Assembly: GCA_963727305.1 (NCBI GenBank)
Contig: CAVSFM010000004.1
Coordinates: 6,385 to 70,384 of the forward strand
Direction: 5' to 3'
DNA: 64,000 bases
Source of the DNA: an uncultured Pseudomonadota bacterium
GTDB lineage: Bacteria > Pseudomonadota > Gammaproteobacteria > Steroidobacterales > Steroidobacteraceae
Shown here one piece after another: positions 50,210-60,789 of this stretch (positions are counted from its first letter, which is position 1; each line of letters begins with the position of its first letter). The translations under genes were made by a program, and so were the position numbers. The notes beneath the pieces were generated by a model that did no database searches, was not told the DNA's origin, and was given only the letters and a program-made list of their open reading frames with translations.

Positions 50210-51239
50210 ATGGTGCGTTTAATCACCGGAGTCCTGCCATCGTTGGCGGGCGCAGTGGTGCTACTGGGCAGTGGTGCGATGCCCGCCAGGGCGGATGGGC
50301 CACGCGCAGGTTGACCCCCACCTGCCGCTGCAGGTGCTCGCCGATGTTCCCCTCGGCGGCCGTGCAACCCGCCTGGACTACGCGAGCCTCGACCCGGCTC
50401 GACACCTGATGTTCATCGCACACCTCGGCGACAGCGAGGTGATCGTCTTCGACACCCTTGCGAGGCGGGTGGTCACGCGCATTGCTGCGGTCAGTCGCGT
50501 GCACGGCGTACTCGCCATTCCGGACCTGGGCCGCGTGTACGCCTCGGCCACCGGAACTAACGAAGTCGTGGCCATCAATGCGGACACATTCAGGATCATT
50601 GGGCGCGTGCCCGGCGGCGTCTACCCGGACGGCCTGGCCTATGCGCCTGAGGCTCACAAGCTCTACGTCTCGGACGAACACGGCGGGACGGACACCGTGA
50701 TCGACGTGGCTACCAATACCCGGACCGCGACGATCCAGATCGGCGGTACCATTGGCAACACCCAGTACGACCCGCTCAGTCGCCACATCTTTGTGAATGC
50801 GCAAAGCACCGCGGAACTCGTGGAGATCGACCCGGCCCGCGATGTCATCGTTCGACGAATCCCTTTACCGGGGGCCGATGGAAATCACGGACTGCTGCTC
50901 GACCTGGAGCATCGCGCCTTTGTCGCCTGCGAGGGCAATGCTCGGTTGATTGTGGTCGACCTGCTGACCGGTAAAGCTCTCGCCGGGTTTCCGGTCGCCA
51001 AGGATCCCGACGTTCTCGCGCTCGACCCGGCCCGGCACGAGTTGTACGTCGCCGGGGAATCCGGAGTGGTATCTGTGTTCGGGCTGGGAATCGGCAGCGC
51101 CATTACCAAGATTGCCGAGGGCACCCTGGCTCCGAGCGCCCATGTGGTTGCGGTAGATCCTTCGACGCACGAAGTGTATTTCCCACTGCAGAACCTCCAT
51201 GGCGCGACGGCCTTGCGGATAACGAGGCCCATGCCCTGA
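50210..51239 (+). CDS. YncE-type beta-propeller repeat protein, exported; apparent frameshift near 50295
   Basis: The signal peptide MVRLITGVLPSLAGAVVLLGSGAMPARA is in one frame (ATG 50210). The propeller body is in ORF 50271..51239, with repeated blades (...LYVSDEHGGTDTVIDVATN..., ...IFVNAQSTAELVEIDPARD..., ...AFVACEGNARLIVVDLLTG..., ...LYVAGESGVVSVF...). Confidence 0.7.
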
Positions 51240-51275
51240 GTCCTGGATCGATACTCGAAATGGCCCCTGCGAGCC

Positions 51276-52439
51276 TCAGGCGTTGCTGGATTGCTCCAGC
51301 GGGATATCGTAACGCTCGACATAAGGTCGAAATCGCTCCGCGATCGCCGCCGCGTCCAGGCCGAATTCCTCCAGGTCGTAAGCATGTCTGCCGAACCGCC
51401 CCTTCGGGTGCGAGGCAATGTGGTCCGTCATCGCAGCCAGCGCGGGGCCGTCGAGCTCCTCGCCGAATGCCGCGTAGACGCGGCGCATCGTCCCCAGGGT
51501 GTCGCGGACGAGGTCCGCGTAATGCACATCGACGATCCGCCGCCCCGGGTCGGCGTCGCGAAACGCATCAACACTGGCAATTGAATTGGCAAGGATGTCG
51601 GTCCAGTGGTCCGCGATGTAGCGCCGGTGATCGGCATCTGAGAACGTTCGCGTCAGAGTGGTGATCAGGCTGCAAACCGAGGCGCACAGCACGACGGGGT
51701 CGCGGTGCATCAGCACCAGGCGGGCGTCGGGATAGACGGCCGTCAGCGCATCCAGGTGCAGCGCGTGGTGCGGGCTCTTGAGCGACCAGCGGCCGCGCAC
51801 GCCGCCGCTCTGCAGAACCTGCAGCACGCGCCGGTGATACTCATAGGCCGAACGATGGTCGGTCGCCTGCAGCCAGCGGCCGTAGCCGGGGACATTCGCC
51901 ATCGCCTCCCACAGCAGGCTCTTGAAATCCTGGTTCAGGACCGAGATGCACTCGGTGGGTCCATCGGGTTCCTCGCTTTGCACGAGCCGGACCCGCGGGT
52001 TTATCTGGTCCAGCATGGCCGCGGCCGCCCGGGCCGCCTCGATGCGCGGATCGGTGCGCAGCGTCGCCGGCGTGGGCGGCGGCACGCTGTCCCCGGCCTC
52101 CCAACGCAGCAGCGGGCGATGCCGTGGGTCCTTCTCCAAAAGATACGAGAGGAACGTCGTGCCGGCCCGGAAAAGGCCGATCACGACGAACGGCGCCTCG
52201 ATGTGCTCCGCGGCGATCTGCGGGTGATGCTTGAGCCAATCGGTGATCCGCAGGCGGTTGGCGAGGGATGCGAGGATCGCGCCCGGGATGACCGCCGAGC
52301 CGATCGGGTTGAGCTGCGCCTCCGCCGAGGCCGACTCACAGTAGACCTCAAGGCCTTCGCGGAAGCTGTCACCTCCGAAATCGTCGAGCCCCGTCTGTGC
52401 GCAGGCGGCGGCAATGAGGGCATCGGCTCGGATCTGCAT
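51276..52439 (-). CDS. Sulfotransferase-family protein
   Basis: ATG at 52439 (MQIRADALIAAA...). The PAPS 5'-phosphate loop is like VVIGLFRAGTTFLSYLL. KSPHHALHLDAL and LVLMHRDP are typical of the Sulfotransfer_3-type family. Confidence 0.75.
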   Translation of the reverse strand: MQIRADALIAAACAQTGLDDFGGDSFREGLEVYCESASAEAQLNPIGSAVIPGAILASLANRLRITDWLKHHPQIAAEHIEAPFVVIGLFRAGTTFLSYLLEKDPRHRPLLRWEAGDSVPPPTPATLRTDPRIEAARAAAAMLDQINPRVRLVQSEEPDGPTECISVLNQDFKSLLWEAMANVPGYGRWLQATDHRSAYEYHRRVLQVLQSGGVRGRWSLKSPHHALHLDALTAVYPDARLVLMHRDPVVLCASVCSLITTLTRTFSDADHRRYIADHWTDILANSIASVDAFRDADPGRRIVDVHYADLVRDTLGTMRRVYAAFGEELDGPALAAMTDHIASHPKGRFGRHAYDLEEFGLDAAAIAERFRPYVERYDIPLEQSSNA

Positions 52440-52727
52440 GGAGGCTCCGTTCACGTGGCGGCGATTTCGATGACGGTGCGGCCGCTCCTGCCGTACGGTA
52501 CCGGCCCGAGAGGCCGCCCGGTAGTGTCCTTCGCCCGAGGACCGCATCGTGGGAAGCTGCGCATAGCCCGGGCGATGACGTTACTCTAGTCCGGACGAAG
52601 TACATCTAAGCCGCGATGCTTGGATTTTGACCCGGCCGGTGCGCCCAGGGGGGCCGGACCGTGGAAGCGAACCGGATCTTCCGACTAATGTGCGATTTGC
52701 CCCGAAGTTGCGATGGGAGATAGCGCG

Positions 52728-53600
52728 ATGCGCCTTGCGGTTCAGATGATGCCGGGCCTGCTTGCCGCCGCCCTGATCGGCGCCACGGCATTCGCCTCGC
52801 CCGCGAGCCCTCCTGAACTGCCACCCCCGCCCAAGGTCGACGGCCCGCGCCTGTACGTATTCGATTGTGGAACTCTGGTCTACAACAAGCCGGAGGATTA
52901 CGACCTGAAGCGCGAGGAGGTCAAGGACAGCAACATGGGCGTCACCTGTTACCTGGTGGTGCACCCCAAGGGCCTGCTCATTTACGACACCGGCCTCAAT
53001 GACCGTCTGATCGGCAGGCCGCTGTACGAAAACGTCCTCGAAGGCTATGGCCAAATTAAGTTCAACACCCTGAGGGGGCAACTGGCCGACATCGGCCTCA
53101 CACCTGCCAGGGTCGATTACCTCGTGCTGTCGCACTATCACTGGGACCATGTCGGCAATGCCGCTGACTTCGCCGGCTCCACGTGGCTGGTCTACAAGGG
53201 CGACCGCGATCAGATGTTCAGCACGGCGGCGCGCGCCTATCCGTGGTTCGCGCAGTATTCAGCGCTGGAGCACAGCAAGACGAAGGTTCTCAGCGGTGAC
53301 TATGACGTTTTCGGGGACGGCACGGTGGTGGTGATCGCGACGCCGGGGCACACGGAGGGGCATTGTTCACTCCTGGTGCGCCTGAGGAATACCGGACCCG
53401 TCCTGCTCTCGGGCGACCTGTATCACTATGCGGAAGAGCGTGACCTGAAGCGCCTGCCGGACGAGGAAAAGACCACGGGAACGGTCCAGTCGCGCCAGAA
53501 GGTTGAGGAATTGCTGCAGCGGACCGGCGCGCAGCTGTGGATCGGCCACAGCATGGAGTTCTTTCGGAACGTGCGTAAGTCACCGGCGTGGTACGACTGA
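52728..53600 (+). CDS. Secreted MBL-fold hydrolase of the N-acyl-homoserine-lactonase-like family
   Basis: ATG at 52728 after GGGAG (alternative ATG at 52713). Signal peptide MRLAVQMMPGLLAAALIGATAFA. Metallo-beta-lactamase motif LSHYHWDHVGN, later TPGHTEGH and GDLYH. Confidence 0.8.
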   Translation: MRLAVQMMPGLLAAALIGATAFASPASPPELPPPPKVDGPRLYVFDCGTLVYNKPEDYDLKREEVKDSNMGVTCYLVVHPKGLLIYDTGLNDRLIGRPLYENVLEGYGQIKFNTLRGQLADIGLTPARVDYLVLSHYHWDHVGNAADFAGSTWLVYKGDRDQMFSTAARAYPWFAQYSALEHSKTKVLSGDYDVFGDGTVVVIATPGHTEGHCSLLVRLRNTGPVLLSGDLYHYAEERDLKRLPDEEKTTGTVQSRQKVEELLQRTGAQLWIGHSMEFFRNVRKSPAWYD

Positions 53601-53630
53601 CGCGCAGCGCCCAGCCGCAGCCAGGGCAGG

Positions 53631-54395
53631 CTAGAGACTGCGAATCATGCCGCCGTCGACGCGCAGGATCGAGCCGGTCACATAGCCGGCGCGTTCGCTT
53701 AAGAGAAATGCCGCCAGGGCGGCCAGCTCCTGCGGCTGCCCGTAGCGCCCCAGCGGTATGCCCTGCCGCGACTGCCGTTCGACTTCCCCGACTTCGAGGC
53801 CCTCCCGCTGCGCACGCGCCCGGTCGAGCTCCGCGACGCGGTCCGTTTCGATGCGGCCCGGCGCGACGCAGTTGACGGTGATCCCGTCCTGCGCGACCTC
53901 GTTTGCCAGGGTCTTGGCCCAGCCGACCACCGCGAGGCGCAGCGCGTTGGAGATCCCGAGATTCGGCAGGGGCTGCACGACGCCAGAGGAGACCAGCGCC
54001 AATATCCGCCCGAATCCGCGTTCCCGCATGCCCGGCAGAGCCGCGCGGGTGAGGCGCACGAAACTGAGAAACATGGCATTGAACTGGTTCGTCCAGACCT
54101 CATCGGCCACGTCCGCCACCGGACCTGGCGGCGGTCCGCCAGAATTGAGCACGAGAATATCCACGGCGGCGAGGCGCGGCGCCAGCACGGCGAGCTCATC
54201 GGCACGGCTTAGATCGCACACCTGCGCCTCGATGTGCCCGGGGCCGCAGGCGACCAGTTCCGCGAGGCGATCGGGGTGGCGTGCGATGGCAATAACCTGC
54301 GCGCCCTCGGCCGCCAGTGCCAAGGCAATTGCGCGACCGAGACCGCGCGAGGCCCCGGTGACCGCCGCGCGACGTCCCTTGAGATTTAACTCCAA
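53631..54395 (-). CDS. SDR-family oxidoreductase (FabG-like)
   Basis: 254 aa. TGASRGLGRAIALALA, NSGG, VNCVAPGRIETDR and YVTGSILRVDGG. Confidence 0.85.
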   Translation of the reverse strand: MELNLKGRRAAVTGASRGLGRAIALALAAEGAQVIAIARHPDRLAELVACGPGHIEAQVCDLSRADELAVLAPRLAAVDILVLNSGGPPPGPVADVADEVWTNQFNAMFLSFVRLTRAALPGMRERGFGRILALVSSGVVQPLPNLGISNALRLAVVGWAKTLANEVAQDGITVNCVAPGRIETDRVAELDRARAQREGLEVGEVERQSRQGIPLGRYGQPQELAALAAFLLSERAGYVTGSILRVDGGMIRSL

Positions 54396-54539
54396 GCGCC
54401 AGGCTCCTGAGCCGCGGTTCGACCGTCGCGCGAAACTTTAGCAGGAGCGGGTGCAGAACTTCCGGGTTGCCGCAGCAACTGGTTCACGGGCGTCAAGTGG
54501 CCGCCGCGCCGCTTAAGAAAGTACTTTCCGAAATCCGTC

Positions 54540-54558
54540 GCGCATGGTAATCATTGTA
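54540..54558. promoter_or_regulatory. Weak Fur-box-like 19-mer upstream of the TonB-dependent receptor
   Basis: gcgcatggtaatcattgta matches GATAATGATAATCATTATC at 13 of 19 positions by my hand alignment. It lies in the only markedly AT-rich stretch of this intergenic region, about 140 nt upstream of the receptor ATG. Confidence 0.25.
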
Positions 54559-54697
54559 CGAATTACTTTTATTTACAAAAAGCCCAGCACTGGACCGTTT
54601 CCTGGCGCCTGAAGCGACACACAATCCCGGTGTGCCAGTCTAATCAGCGCCCTGCAACGGAGCCTGCGACCACAGAAAATCCGGGGGTACTGCGCCG

Positions 54698-57323
54698 ATG
54701 AGGATCAATCCGAAGTGTGCTCGTGCAGTCGCGTCGATCCTGGGCGCCCACACAGCCGCCGCCACCTATGCGACAGCCGCCGATAATCCCTCAGACGCAT
54801 CGGCCGGTGGCATCCAGGAAGTCGTCGTCACCGCGCAGCGGCGTACGGAAAACGCGCAGGACGTGCCCATCACGATGCAGGTGTTTACCAGTGAGACCCT
54901 GCAGCAGCTGAATGTCACGACTTTCGATGACCTGATCAAGTATCTGCCCAATGTGTCGGCGGCGTCCGCGGGACCGGGTCAATCCCAGGTCTTCATGCGC
55001 GGCCTCAGCGTCGGGAGCCAAGGGACCCAATCCGGGGGCTCGATCAACGGGTTCCCAAACGTCGCGGTCTACCTGGATGACCAGTCCGGCCAGCTGCCGG
55101 GCCGAAACCTCGATGTCTACACGGCGGACATGGAGCGCGTGGAGGTTCTCGAGGGGCCGCAGGGAACATTGTTCGGCGCCGGGGCGCAGGCCGGCGTGAT
55201 CCGCTACATCACCAACAAGCCGAAGATGAACGTGACCGAGGGCAACGTTACGGCAACTTACGGAGTCACCGCGGGCGGCGACCCGAACACCGACCTGGTC
55301 GCGGTCCTGAATCTTCCGCTGATACCGGACAAGCTCGCGGTGCGGGGCGTGATCTACAACGACCGGCGCGGCGGCTACATCAACAATGTGCCGGCTACGT
55401 TCACGCGTAAGGCCAGCGATCTTGGAATCCACTATGGCAATTATCCGGACGGGTGTGGTCTCTCCCGCACTGCCTTGTCAGGTGCCCCCGGGGGCCCCGG
55501 TAATCAACAACGCCGGACTTACCGGCAACGCGATCAACCCGGTGACTTACACGGGCACCCGCGTTTCAGCTCTGTGGGATTTCACGGATGACTGGTCCGC
55601 TCTCATCACTCAGAGCTACCAAAACATCGACGCTCAAGGGGTCTTCTATCAGATGCCCAAGAGCTCAGACGGCGCGCCGCTGCCGCAGCAGTCCGTCACG
55701 CTGTTCACTCCCAACTACAATAAGGACAAGTACGAAAATACGGCTTGGACCTTCAATGGTCGATTCGGCGCTCTCAAGGCGGTCTACACCGGCTCGTACC
55801 TGGTGCGCAATGTCGATCAGATACAGGACTACACGAATTATGCGCGCGGTCTGTATGCGGACTACTACCAGTGCCACGGCGCCGAGCCGACGAAAGGCCT
55901 GGTTGCAACCTGCTATACGCCCCTATCCACCTGGACCGAGATCGAGCGCAACACGCATCAGAGTCACGAATTTCGCCTCAGTACGCCCGATGACTGGCGC
56001 CTGCGCGGCATCGTCGGCGCCTTCTGGGAGCAATTGCAGATTCAGGACCAACTGAACTGGAACTACAAGAGTCTGCCGCCCTGTACGACGACCGTCACGG
56101 CTGGATGTTTGACGAATGTGGGACCTGCGCCGGGTTCAACGTTGAACAACCCGGCTACGCGTGGGGATAACACCTCATTCTTCAATGATGTGCAGCGCGG
56201 ATACCGGCAAACAGCATTTTTCACCTCCTGGGATTACGACCTCATCCCCAAAGTGCTGACCCTCACTGCCGGCACGCGCTATTACGAGTTCGCAAACTCC
56301 GAGAGGGGCTCGGTCACGGGCAGCTTCTTTTGTTACGAGGCCGGTCCTGCGCCTTGCCTGAATTACTCGACCAGCATCGACGCCGAACACCTCCAAACGA
56401 CCGAGAGCGGCTTCAAGAGTCGCGCGAACCTGACCTGGCATTTCCTGCCGGATGCTCTCGTGTATTACACCTGGTCGCAGGGCTTCCGTCCCGGGGCTTT
56501 CAACCGACAAACTGGCTGCTACATCCAGAGCGCCGGCAATCCCGCGATCAACCTGTACTGCTCCCCGCTCCCGTACACGTCTGACAATTTGACCAACAAT
56601 GAACTCGGCTGGAAGACCGAGTTCTTCAACCGGCACTTGCAGTGGAACGGCGCTGTGTACCAGGAAAACTGGGACAACGTGCAGGTGCAGTTCTTCGACC
56701 CGGGCGTCCTCGGCAACGTCGGCTTCAACACCAATGGACCGAACTACCGGGTTCGCGGCGTGGAGACCTCGTTCATCGCCTTGCTCTATCAGGGCCTGAC
56801 GGCCCAGGGGGCGGCGGCGTGGAACAGCAGCGAGCAAACCAACTCGCCTTATCTGATTGCGAACAATCCCGCACTGCTGTCGGATCCGGCAGCCAAGGGT
56901 GAATACGGACAGCCGATACTCAGCGTGCAGAATCCCTACGGTCAGATCGGCAGTCCAAGCGCCAATTCGCCCCCGTTTCAGTTCAATCTGCGCCTGCGCT
57001 ACGAGCGCGCGATCAGCTCGTACAATGCCTTCGTGCAGGTGGGTACCACCCATACCGCGCACTCCTATACCCAATCCAGCACCAGCCCGGCTCTCTCCGC
57101 CGGCTCGGCGGTGAGCACCACTTTGATCAGGTTCGAGAATCCCGCGTATACCCAGTATGACGCATCCCTTGGTGTCGCAAAGGACGCGTGGACGGTGGAG
57201 GGCTACGCGCAAAACCTTACCAACGTGGTGACCAGTGTGTTCACATCCACCAATCAATTCGTCCCAGCCGAGACCATTACGCGGCCGCGCGTGCTGGGGG
57301 TCCGATTCGGCTTCAAATTCTGA
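54698..57323 (+). CDS. TonB-dependent outer-membrane receptor; apparent frameshift near 55455
   Basis: The signal peptide and plug (EVVVTAQRRTENAQDVPITMQVF...VEVLEGPQGTLFGAGAQAG) are in ORF 54698..55591. The barrel is in ORF 55386..57323 and ends with the terminal aromatic (RVLGVRFGFKF). Confidence 0.88.
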
Positions 57324-57330
57324 TGGGACG

Positions 57331-57360
57331 CCGCCGCGACTCGCCGCGGCGGGTTCTTTC
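57331..57360 (+). terminator. Rho-independent terminator after the TonB-dependent receptor
   Basis: CCGCCGCG-actcgc-CGCGGCGG is a perfect 8-bp GC stem (57331-57352). It is followed by GTTCTTTC and starts 8 nt after the stop codon. Confidence 0.5.
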
Positions 57361-57518
57361 CGGCGGGCTGGTGCGGCTCCGGCTAGCTGCTGCGTCTGGA
57401 ATGTGAGTCATCCAGTTCGCTGAACGAACGCGACGCGACTCGTCCGCTCCGGCTACTGACATCCGACAACATCGCTTCTACGAATCGCAGCATCCATGTG
57501 GCGCTTAAGGAGAATGCC

Positions 57519-58833
57519 GTGACGGTCAATGCCGCCGCCCTGCCGCGCTCGGAGCTGCCGTCGGTGCTTGAGCGCTGGTATGTCCTGATCGTGATGTGCC
57601 TGGTCTATGCGATCAACATCGCGGCCCGCTATGTCGTGACCACCGTGTTTGAGCCGATCCGACTCGAACTGCGCCTGACCGATGCCGGCGCGGCATTCCT
57701 GACGGGCGTTCCGATGGCCTTGTTCTACGTGGCCTTTGGAATTCCGATTGCTTGGTTCGCCGACCGTTCGAATCGGCGCAACATCGTGGCGGCGGCGCTG
57801 GTACATTTGGTCGGCGTTCACCGTGTTTTGCGGTCTGTCGCAGAACTACCTGCAATTCCTGGCGGGGCGCGTCGGCGTGGGTGTGGGCGAAGCGGGAGCC
57901 ACCCCGCCCTCCGGGTCGCTCGTCTCGGATTACTTTCCCGCAGGACGGCGGCCAATGGCCCTGTCGGTATTTGCTCTGGGCGCACCGATCGGAGCCTGGC
58001 TGGGCGCCGATTTGGCCGGCGCCGTCGCCCAGGCGTGGGGCTGGCGCGCGGCTTTTTTCGCCCTTGGGGCGCCCGGCGTCCTACTTGGCGTACTGGTCTT
58101 CTTGACCGTACGTGAGCCCGCACGCGGTCGCCTGGACGCCGCTGCGACGGGCGAAGGCAGGCCTTCGCTATTGGAGTCCCTGCGGTTCCTGTGGCGCCAG
58201 AAGGCCGCGTTCCATGTGATCATGGCCAGCGGCGTGTGTTCTCTTTGGGGTTGGGGACTTGCCTGGTGGACACCAACATTCCTCATGCGCACTTATAGTC
58301 TCAACGTGGCTCAAGCGGGAGCCATCACGGGCCGCGTGCACTTAGTCGGCGGCCTGATTGCCATGGCGGGCACGGTCTGGCTCATGTCACGGCCCCTGAT
58401 GGTTGATCCCCGTCGCGTCCTGTGGACGCTTGGGACGGTCATTGGAATCGCGACCATTCCGTCGATCCTGGCGTATTGGACGCAATCATTGTGGTTGGCA
58501 AAGCTGGCCCTGTGGATGTACATACCCGCGATCTATTTCTTCATCGGCCCCAGCATGGCCTTGGTGCTCAATTGTGCGCCCAGCAACATGCGCTCCATAT
58601 TCACCGCGTGGTCAGGACTCGTCGGCAACGTTTTTAATCTGATCGTCGCAACGCAGGCCGTCGGGTTCATGAGCGACTGGTTCGCCCGCGGCCACGCGAC
58701 CGACGCGGCTTCATTGCGCTTAGCCTTGTTGGTGCTCGCACCGACCGGGTTCTGGGCGACCTGGCATTATGTTCTGGCGGCGAGAACGGTTGTCGAGGAT
58801 GAGCAGCGCGCCGTCGGCTACGCGCCGGCGTGA
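57519..58833 (+). CDS. MFS transporter; apparent frameshift near 57795
   Basis: GTG at 57519 lies 6 nt after AAGGAG (the ORF also opens at 57498). The N-terminal helices (WYVLIVMCLVYAINIAARY...FADRSNRRNIVAAAL) are in ORF 57498..58115. The continuation (WSAFTVFCGLSQNYLQFLAGRVGVGVGEAG... to the end) is in ORF 57736..58833. Confidence 0.8.
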
Positions 58834-58897
58834 GTTCATTGGGGCCGGGCTTCGAGTCCAGTTGTGATCGGGAGCCCGCTGCCGCAGGGAGAGATCT

Positions 58898-59806
58898 TTG
58901 AAGCATCACCTGCTTAGCCTTGTCTTTGCGGCAACCGTCGCGTCCCAAGCTCATGCCGATGGCATCCGCGTGCTCAATGATGACGCGCACTTTCCCGAAG
59001 GACCTGCCTGGTATCACGGCAAACTGTATTACGTGGAGTATGACCGCAATTCGGTGACCACCTGGGACGGCAAGAAGACCGCGATATTCTGGTCGCAAAA
59101 GGGCTGCGGCCCCTCTGCAGTCTTCCCCACGGCCCACGGGGAATTCCTCACGACCTGTTATGACAGCGGCACGATCGGTCGCATCTCGGCCGAGGGCAAG
59201 GACCTGCCGCCTTACTCGCACGACAAGGACGGAAATGCTTTTGTCGGCCCGAACGATTTTGCGCCCGACCATCATGGGGGCATCTATTTCACCTGCTCCG
59301 GTACGGCACCCGGGCCTGCAATCAACGGCAAGGTCTTCTATCTCGCGGCGAACGGTACCATCACGCAGGAGGCCCGCGACGTTCACAGCGCCAACGGCGT
59401 GGCCGTCTCGAACGACGGCAAGGTCCTGTACGTTGTGGAAACCGAGGCGCACCGGCTGATTGAGTTCAACATCGGACCTGACGCGTCACTCAGCGAGCGG
59501 CGCGTATTCCTGAACCTTGATGATCTCACTGGCAATGTCGTTCACATCTACCCGGACGGCGTGAAGATCGACTCGAAGGGTCAGATCTACATCGGTCAGA
59601 ATCCCCGTGACGCGCACGCTCCCCTGGCCGGCACGATCTTCGTCGTCAACGCCGACGCAAAGCTGCTGCGCAGGCTGACGCTGCCCTCCCCTGGCGTGCC
59701 CAACCTGGCGTTCAGTCCGGACGAGAAGACCGTCTACGTCACGGCGCTCGATCAGCTCGACAAGGCGCCCTACCGCGGCAAGCTCTACGCGATCCCCAAT
59801 AACTAA
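58898..59806 (+). CDS. SMP-30/gluconolactonase/LRE-family protein, exported
   Basis: TTG start and signal peptide MKHHLLSLVFAATVASQAHA. FPEGPAWYHGKLYYVE, PNDFAPDHHGGIYFT, ANGVAVSNDGKVLYVVET and PDGVKIDSKGQIY are propeller-blade motifs of this family. Confidence 0.85.
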   Translation: MKHHLLSLVFAATVASQAHADGIRVLNDDAHFPEGPAWYHGKLYYVEYDRNSVTTWDGKKTAIFWSQKGCGPSAVFPTAHGEFLTTCYDSGTIGRISAEGKDLPPYSHDKDGNAFVGPNDFAPDHHGGIYFTCSGTAPGPAINGKVFYLAANGTITQEARDVHSANGVAVSNDGKVLYVVETEAHRLIEFNIGPDASLSERRVFLNLDDLTGNVVHIYPDGVKIDSKGQIYIGQNPRDAHAPLAGTIFVVNADAKLLRRLTLPSPGVPNLAFSPDEKTVYVTALDQLDKAPYRGKLYAIPNN

Positions 59807-59834
59807 CGAGCTGACCCCAGAAGTACACTCACCG

Positions 59835-60611
59835 ATGTCCGGCTTACTCGCAGGAAAAAACGCCGTCATCACGGGCGCGAGCTCCGGAATCGGCCGTGCG
59901 ATCGCCCTGAGTTTCGCCGCCGAGGGCGCCCGGGTCGTGATTGCAGATGTCACCTCGGAGCCCATCGAAGGTGGCGCGCCGACCGCCGAGCTCATCACCC
60001 GCGCCGGTGGCAGGGCGACATTCGAGCCGGTGGACGTCAGCCGCTGGGAGGAGATCGACTCACTCATCACCAAGCTCATCTCGGACCACGGCCGGCTCGA
60101 CATCATGGTCAACAATGCGGCCACCTATTCCGGGACTCCGCTGCTTGAAACCAGCGCAGCGCAGTGGGAGCAGGTAATGCGGGTCAATCTGACGGGCATG
60201 TTCAACGGCTGCAAGCGGGCCGTGCAGCAGATGATCACCCAGGAGCCTCAGAACGAGGTGCGCGGACGCCTGATCAACCTGGGTTCGCAGCACGGTATCG
60301 TTTCCGCACCGCAGGACACGCCGTACGGAGTCAGCAAGGCGGGCGCCATTTACCTGACAAGGCAGATTGCGGTCGACTACGCGAAGGACCTGATCGTCTG
60401 CAACTGTATCTCGCCGGGAAAGATCGTCACGGGCAAACCCGGACTGGCGATGGATCCCGCGAGGCTCGAATACGCACGGCGGCGTACGCCCTGGCCCCGG
60501 TTCGGTCGGCCGCAAGATGTCGCTAATGCGGCGGTCTTCTTAGCCAGTGACCGAGCAACGTTCATCACCGGCGCCAATCTCGTGGTCGACGGCGGTTGGC
60601 TGGCCGGGTGA
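59835..60611 (+). CDS. SDR-family oxidoreductase
   Basis: VITGASSGIGRAIALSFAAEGA, NNAA, catalytic YGVSKAG and FITGANLVVDGG. Confidence 0.88.
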   Translation: MSGLLAGKNAVITGASSGIGRAIALSFAAEGARVVIADVTSEPIEGGAPTAELITRAGGRATFEPVDVSRWEEIDSLITKLISDHGRLDIMVNNAATYSGTPLLETSAAQWEQVMRVNLTGMFNGCKRAVQQMITQEPQNEVRGRLINLGSQHGIVSAPQDTPYGVSKAGAIYLTRQIAVDYAKDLIVCNCISPGKIVTGKPGLAMDPARLEYARRRTPWPRFGRPQDVANAAVFLASDRATFITGANLVVDGGWLAG

Positions 60612-60789
60612 CGTGCACCCGCGCGCGCTTGACCGACCGCACACCAGGATGAGAAACCTCGTGCCTAACCGGCTGACCAACTGAGCATCTTGCGGACCAT
60701 GCCAAGTCGCCGACCCGAACGCCGACATTGCCCTGGCGACATCGCTGTTCGACGCGCTCAGTCGCGCGACTCGTCGTGGAGCGGGCTTC

